From: Raillietiella orientalis
Taxonomy: Eukaryota
Reading direction: 5' to 3'
Length of the DNA stretch: 64,000 nucleotides
Assembly (NCBI GenBank): GCA_036172245.1
Contig: JAYWIR010000013.1
Coordinates: forward strand, 1,798,001-1,862,000
Part shown: positions 57,875 through 64,000 of the stretch, one piece after another
Position numbering within the stretch: the stretch's first letter is position 1
Layout of the letters: each line of letters begins with the position of its first letter
The notes under the pieces: generated by a model
The model's input: only the letters and a program-made list of their open reading frames with translations
Databases searched by the model: none
Told to the model about the DNA's origin: nothing
Program-made: the position numbers and the translations under genes

Positions 57875-58799
57875 CCGCCGTCTCGTTCTCGTAGGCAGCA
57901 AAAAGTTGGGCCGACCGTGACTTCCCGCTTGCGTCACTGCTCCCAACCGCAAATTGCACTTCTTAATCCTTCGTGAACTTTTTCCCCAGAGGTTTTACTT
58001 TGATCCACAGTTGTGCGGAAAGATGGGAAAAAAAAAGAAAAACGCCGTCCCACTTTTTCGGCAACCTCGGAAGGACCTTTGGGGGTGGGCGGGGGTCGGC
58101 ACCCAGGAAACGCCCACAACAATACCAAGGCGAGGCACTGAAATGCGCAGGCGAGGCCCAGTGATGCTGAAAAACATCCATAACAATGCCGAGAAGAAGT
58201 GTGTTCTACAAAGGTGCCTTTCGTGTCGACCGGCGTCGGAAGGTGTGACGTAGCGGCTCTTCCACGCTCCCTCTGATTTGCTAACTCGTCGATTTGCGGA
58301 GGCTGGTGAGGAGGAGGGGAGCCGAACCTTTGCCCCCGTCGGCTGGAGGGCGGACCTCGCGCTTGCCCCAGAGGAAGGGGAATGGGCGCGAGACACGCCG
58401 CGTTCGAGCGCACCGGGGGGGCGGCGGCTGGGGCCGCAAAAGACGCCCGGAGCCGCGTCCCACGTTCGTCCCGGATTTCGCGCGCGATCCTCTCCCAGGA
58501 AGAGACGGCTAGCGTCCAACGGACAGCTGACCAGAGGACGCGTGATCGATAGGAGGAACAGCCGCCGTCGGATCCGAAAATAACGAACTTGTCATTCTAA
58601 TTGAGGTTCCGCTTCCAAGCGGAATAGATTGGGCAGGGATGCTGCAACCGCATCAACTGAATCGAAACTAATTGGCCAGTAACAAAAGATCGCATTCCCG
58701 ACCAACAGTAGCGGCGGCCGGCCGGCCGGTTATCGCCAGGATCATCAATAAGCCGTGAAGAGGTTCTCGACTGCTCCATCTAGGCCGCCGGAGAGAGGA

Positions 58800-60000
58800 G
58801 GAACCACTGATCCGAGCGCAGCAGGCCCTGGGACCTCGAAGGCGGAAACACGCGCGCTCGGAGGAGGAGGAAGGGGTAGGAACTCCGGCGCGCAACTTGG
58901 GAACATCCTTGAGGAGCGCCGGGGTCCGGTGGGAAAAGGGATGTCATCTCGCAGCAGCTGCGCTCTCCCTATGGGCAAAAAGGGAGACCTGGGCAAAGAA
59001 GTGAGGGAAGGGGGTGTTCCGGCCATCGAGTTCGAGCACTCCGAGTTCTGACCAGAGGACGGGCGACTTCCCGTTTCTCTGGGGAGCTCATGCGGGATCA
59101 ACTCTTCACTCCCTCGAACAGGACGCAGCGCGAAGAGCCCGTGGGGCCCCCACACCGCTGCTGCTCCTGCGGCCGGTCCGGGGCTGTCAGTCTCCTGCAG
59201 GTTCCGCCAAGAATGGCGATCAGCGCCGTTGGGGAGGGAGAACCACCTCGGAAGCTGCAAGGAGGCTCCAGCTACACAGCATCCTTTTTGATAATGAGGG
59301 GACAGGAGACGGATTCAGAACCCGTCTGGTTCCCGCCCTTCCGTGCGGTTGTGGTTCGCCGCCCTCCCGAACTGCGCCAGGAGATCTATCATTCCCTGAT
59401 CCTCGGTGTGTGGCGCTCCTTGCGAAGCAACGACAGAGCAGCCGGCCGATGACTGCCGTGTCGGGGCGAGAGGTTTCCGGGGCCATCGTCGCCCTAAAAA
59501 AGGATCTCCGTCCCGGGGCGCGTGTGCAGGCTCTGCGAGGTCGGAGCCGCGCCTTCTCGGGGACACGGTAGATCGTTCTCTGGAACTCCCAGCATGCCGA
59601 ACAGACCACGTACGCGGTGACCCACGGGCTATCAGGTCGGTCCACAGATTCTTCTCCACCCCCTGATCTTCACGCAACATAAGCGACGCTTCGTCGGCAA
59701 GAGCCGGGACCTGCCATCTGGAAACGTTCGCAGGGCTGCCTTGGGAACGAGGGAGGCAGCGGCACCTCCCCCCTTCCTCCGTTCCGTTGCTTCGCAACCG
59801 GAGGAGATTTTCTTCGTTGGGAGGATGCAGTCAGGCTGCTCCGTCACGCAACTCCCCTCTGGGAAACCACGCTACCGCTGACCATTGCTCTGGAAACCCT
59901 GTGACAAATATCAGGAACCAACGCATTCCTGCCGTGGGGCTCAGCCTAAGAAGCCGATCCGGAGTGAGTCCTTCCGAGAGACTGCAGGCCCCTCCCCTGG
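58800..60000 (-). mobile_element. L1/Tx1-like ORF2 fragment (APE to linker)
   Basis: NLWTDL..PRTWS..SSRERSTV (cf. DVWR..FTW..SRIDRIYV) and LPRSP..AQLLRDDI (cf. LPKLS..LLE.PIT). Confidence 0.5.
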
Positions 60001-60199
60001 CTCGTTGACCTTCCTATCAAGAATGAGCGCCGTAGTTCCTCCTCCTCTTCATCTCTTATTTCCCACTTCCTCTCTTCCCTCCCCACCTCTTCTCCAACTC
60101 TTCCTTTCTTCCTTTCCTTCTCTTTGACTCTTCCTCTCATCCTCATCCTTCGACCCACCCTTCCACTGCGGAGACTTCCCTTGCCCTCTAGACCTCTTC

Positions 60200-63100
60200 C
60201 GGTCAGCGCTTCGGCAGGTGCTGGGCCACGACGGAAGTTCCTCGAGAGGGTAAGGAGAAAGGAGGGCATTGAAATCGCTCCCTGAGCCGCCACACTCCAT
60301 TGCCTCTCTCTCGCCCCTGGAGCTCCAGGGACTGATGAACGCCAGCCATCTCCGAATGGGCTCGAGGAAAGAAGGATGGTTGGAATGGGAGGTGGGGTAG
60401 CCGCGGGTTCAGTAGTACCCGGATGCTGCCCCCTGATGGTGGCGAGAGGCGCCGCCGTAGTTGAGACATGTGGGCGTGAGGGGGACAGTCAGAAGCGCCA
60501 AGCGTCTGTTCGCCCGGCATGGGGCAGAGTCCATTCCACCGTTGGTCCTCTCTCGACCCCGTCCTACTCCGGAGAAGGAGGAAGGCGGGTGATCCGGCGC
60601 CCTGGGGCCGGAAGAGCGAAAGAGCGTCGACGGGATATCGCCCATAGGCGCTCTGGCACCAGAAACCGTCGCTGCAGCCGCCGAAGCGCCTGCTTCCACG
60701 TGGCCCCGCACGAGCATCCAGGGAGTTCCCTCCGCCAGCTAGAGCCAGTTCCCCTTAGGGAGAGGATCCCCCAAGGGGGGCTTCCTGCGACGCCCTCCGC
60801 TCCGACGATCGGAGGAGAGAACGCTGCACGCGGTTCGGGGGCACGGCGGCACGTGGGGTGGCGCTCTATGACCCGCCAGCTGCCTTTCCCGCCCGGGAGG
60901 GAGAATCCCCTCCGTGTTCCCACGGGAGGACGCAGAGGTCTCTTTGTCCCGCGGCTGGGCGGGCGCAGGAGCGCCGAGCAGCTGATGAGGCCTCGCACCG
61001 TGTGCGGGAGGGCCGCAAGGTAAGGTGCCTGTCTTGTGAGGGCAGGAATACCCCTTCCCGTCCCTCCCCAAAACACTTCCACGAAAACGCCTGGAAACCC
61101 GACCATCGCCGCCGCAGGCCAAGGGATTCCGAGTTTGATTCCAGGAGGAGGTTCGAACCTCTTGGGCACCGAGGGACTGCATCCCTTTTCCGGCCTATGA
61201 AAGCCCCTCGGACGAGCTCCTCGTCTCTTATCAGCTCCCCCCACCCTCCCTGGATGTGCGGGAAGTTTGAGACCTGTGGACCCCAGGCAAGATATTTTAC
61301 CCCACCCCACCCCAATTCGCACCCCCGCCCGTCCTTCGCGTCACGACACGGCTCCTGCGGAGTTCTCCGCCCAGACCGGTTCGCTCGACAAGCGCCAGGG
61401 GAAACCAAACCGTGAGTCGCTGTCCGGTCCGAGATGGGCCCCCTCACTGCCCCAAGGCGCTGCTCCGCAGGCGTCGGGTCGCTCCCGTTCCGCGCGAGGC
61501 AGGCGCGTTGGGAAGCCGGAACACCGCAGGCACGCGAGCGGGCGTCAGAGGAAGAGCTCCAAAGATCGGGCAAGCTGGGATCCGACTGCCCTCGTTCGTT
61601 GACGGTTCTCGGACCTCGAGGAGGAGCCGTGGGCGCCCTCAGGGGAGGTCAGCGGTCGCCCGCCTGACACTCCGGTAGGATGCCGTCGATCCCTTTGCGC
61701 TTCCGGAAGAAACCGTCCATGGATCGACCCCAAGGGAGAGCGACGGATGACCCCGTCTCCCATGGCAACCACCCATACCTCCCGAGAGTCCCGCGTTGCC
61801 TCCCTTCCTCGCCTTGTCAGGCGCGCGCCGATGAGACGACCAGAAGGATTTCTGGAGACTCCACCGAGAAAGCGCGACGACACTCAAGCGCTCCTCGTGG
61901 AGGCGACCCGGGACTCTAGGTAGCGTTTCGAAGAGAGGTCACCCTCGAGAGAGAGGTAGGGGAATGGGGTCTCCGAAGAGGGAGATCTCATTCTCATTCT
62001 CGTATTTCCTTCCCCCTTCCATCCGTCCTCCCTCCTTGCCGGACCGCCTTCAGAGGACAACGAGGGGCGAGGGCGATCCGGGGAGCGGCGCGAGCCCCCA
62101 TGGACGCACAAGGAAGGCTCCTAGGTCCCTCGTCGCGTACAAGTCTCTCCGGGGGACCCACTGGCGGGGTCTACTCCCGTTGCGGACAGCGTCTCAGAAG
62201 GTCTCGCAGACGCCGAAGGCGCTCCAGAAGAGACGCAGGGGGAGCCGGGGGAATGCCCTCGGGAAACGAAAGTGCTGTGAGAGGCACCGCCGTCCAGTCG
62301 CATCTTTCACTCGGGGCCTAGAGGCGGAGACACCTCGCCGCCAGCTGCCGAAGACCACGCCCCTCGACGAAGGGCCACTCGGTGTCCACCGCTTGTGGCA
62401 AATCTTTTTCTGCTCCTGGATGAGACCCTACGGATCTGCGGCATCCACGTGGAGAAAGAAGGGGTCGAAAGGGCCCTCCCTTCTAGGGTGGCCACCTCCT
62501 TCCCGGCGAATCTTCGAAGGGCCTGCCGGCTGGCTTCCGCTGCCATGAGCATCCGCGTCTGGTCCGACTCGCAGCTTCCGTTGCGCGGCCTTCGCCTACA
62601 CATTCCGGGCTCCTGAGTCGTCCGACGAAGACGCCCTCGCGACGGCCGCCTTCGGATACTCGGACTTCTCCTGTACGCAGCCGACCCCCAGCGTCATCTG
62701 GAGACCTGGAGGTAAGAGGCGGTCCTCGTCGAGTCCACCCCATTCTGACTCTCTCCCTCCCAGCTTCCGGAAGACGCGTTTCCCGCGAGCTGCTCCTGCG
62801 GGTCCTCTTCCGCTCCGCCTCTTCGGCGCGGCTTCTCCAATAACCAGAGGCAGAGGCAGCAGCTGAGGAAACGGAAGTCTCCGCAGGGAACCGCGCGCTC
62901 TCAGCGACCTTCAACCTCCCTCCAACAGGCTCCCTCAGGGGCCGCTTTGCCCTCAGCAAGTGTCTTTCGGCAGCTCTGCACCCACGGACTCGCCGGTAGA
63001 GGTCCGCCAGCAGGGCGCCGATCTCGGCCCCCATGTCGTTCAGGGGTCACTGGTCGGTCCCGGGAGCCGGTCCAAAATTTCGAGCAGTTTCGAAAGAAGG

Positions 63101-63700
63101 AAAGACGCCCCCCACTTTTCATCCTCCTTTACCCCCCCCAACCATCAACAGCACTATTACCTTCTCATCCTCCTCATCCATCATCATCATTGCCTCCACC
63201 ACCACTATCGCCACCGCCATCATCATCAGCAGCATTGCATCCATCACCACCATCATCATCATCTTTGCCTCTGCCACACCACCAACAGAGCAGCATCGGC
63301 TCCATCACCACCACCATCACCGCCGCCGCCCGTAGCATCATCAGTGCCTCTGCCACCAGCACCAGCAACGTGCCACACCCCTCTCCACTCCTTCCTCTTC
63401 TTCTCATCCTTCACCCATCCTTCGATCACCATCCCACCGCCGAGACTTCCCTTGCCCTTCACACTTCTTCCGGACAGCGTTCCGGCAGATGTTGGACCGC
63501 GACTGAAGGACTTCGGGAGGGACGGGACGAAGGGGCCACGGAAAGCGCTCCCTGCGCCGTCATGTTCCAGCGGCCGACCCGCTCGTTGCGCCTTACGGCG
63601 AAGCAATCGCAGTGGCGCGGCTCGCAGCTTCCCTGAAAGATCTGTTCCTGGAAGCGACCAGTGAGCGTCCCTCGTGCCCTGCTGCTGCCACTGTTTCCCC
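60200..63700 (-). mobile_element. L1/Tx1-like ORF2 remnant, the longest in the window
   Basis: Ordered remnants: AEIGALLA (linker), GEVSPPLGPE (cf. GKSPGPDG), LFWSAFG..AVRNGS, SIHGRFL, VKYLAWG..GWGELI and LLNPRLP. Confidence 0.55.
63140..63370. repeat. Degenerate (CAT/CAC)n trinucleotide tract
   Basis: Directly visible. It produces His-, Ser- and Ile-rich spurious ORFs. Related tracts lie at 19122-19205 and 19448-19510. Confidence 0.9.
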
Positions 63701-64000
63701 TCCTCCTCCTGACTCCCCCCTGCTTGCGCCCTGCCCGGGACCGCCGGCGAAACGCGCAACCGGAGGGAACGGGTCAAGACCCGCATACCGACCCGGAGGT
63801 GGCCATTCAGTCTGTCGCCGCTGCAGGCATTAGCAAAAAGGGCCTTACGGTGGGGCAGGAGACGACGGGCGTCCGAGCGCGGCGCGGAGGGAAAGGGGAG
63901 GGGGATACCATTGGGCGGTGGAGGCCGCTTTCCCAGAGAATACCTGGATGAACTCTTTCCAGAGCTATTGGGCGCTCTCGTGGGGGAACGTGGGAGGAGT

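Noticed and set aside
60975..61040. Hammerhead-like CTGATGA-GGCC...GGCC-GCAA
   Set aside because: GCAA replaces the required GAAA, there is no valid NUH site or stem I, and it is antisense within a LINE ORF2 remnant.
62947..63664. His-rich and Ser/Pro-rich ORFs
   Set aside because: Products of a (CAY)n tract in a repeat that also occurs at 19.1-19.5 kb.

Overview
Eukaryotic, arthropod-like, GC-rich genomic DNA with no obvious CpG depletion. I can support one intact protein-coding gene: a four-coding-exon ZP-domain transmembrane apical-matrix protein most similar to insect miniature (m), CDS join(12897..12992,13057..13483,13587..13709,15931..17318), 677 aa. It has a probable upstream non-coding exon and promoter near 9.9-10.4 kb. 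Most of the remaining sequence is eroded transposon debris. L1/Tx1-like LINE fragments (ORF1, APE, RT, zf-RVT, 3' UTR) dominate, alongside CR1-like, R1-like and RT-RNaseH LINE remnants, one Penelope-like (RT + GIY-YIG) remnant, one hAT transposase remnant and a small TIR element. The most interesting signal is a repeat family with a tRNA-like (A-box/B-box) head. It appears to run into Tx1-type ORF1 and recurs fused to the Tx1 3' tail, which carries a covarying stem-loop. This may be a Pol III-headed LINE with SINE/HAL1-like derivatives. All TE calls come from manual motif reading across frameshifts, so boundaries are approximate, and no database searches were run. Most long ORFs in the supplied track are artefacts of high GC content.
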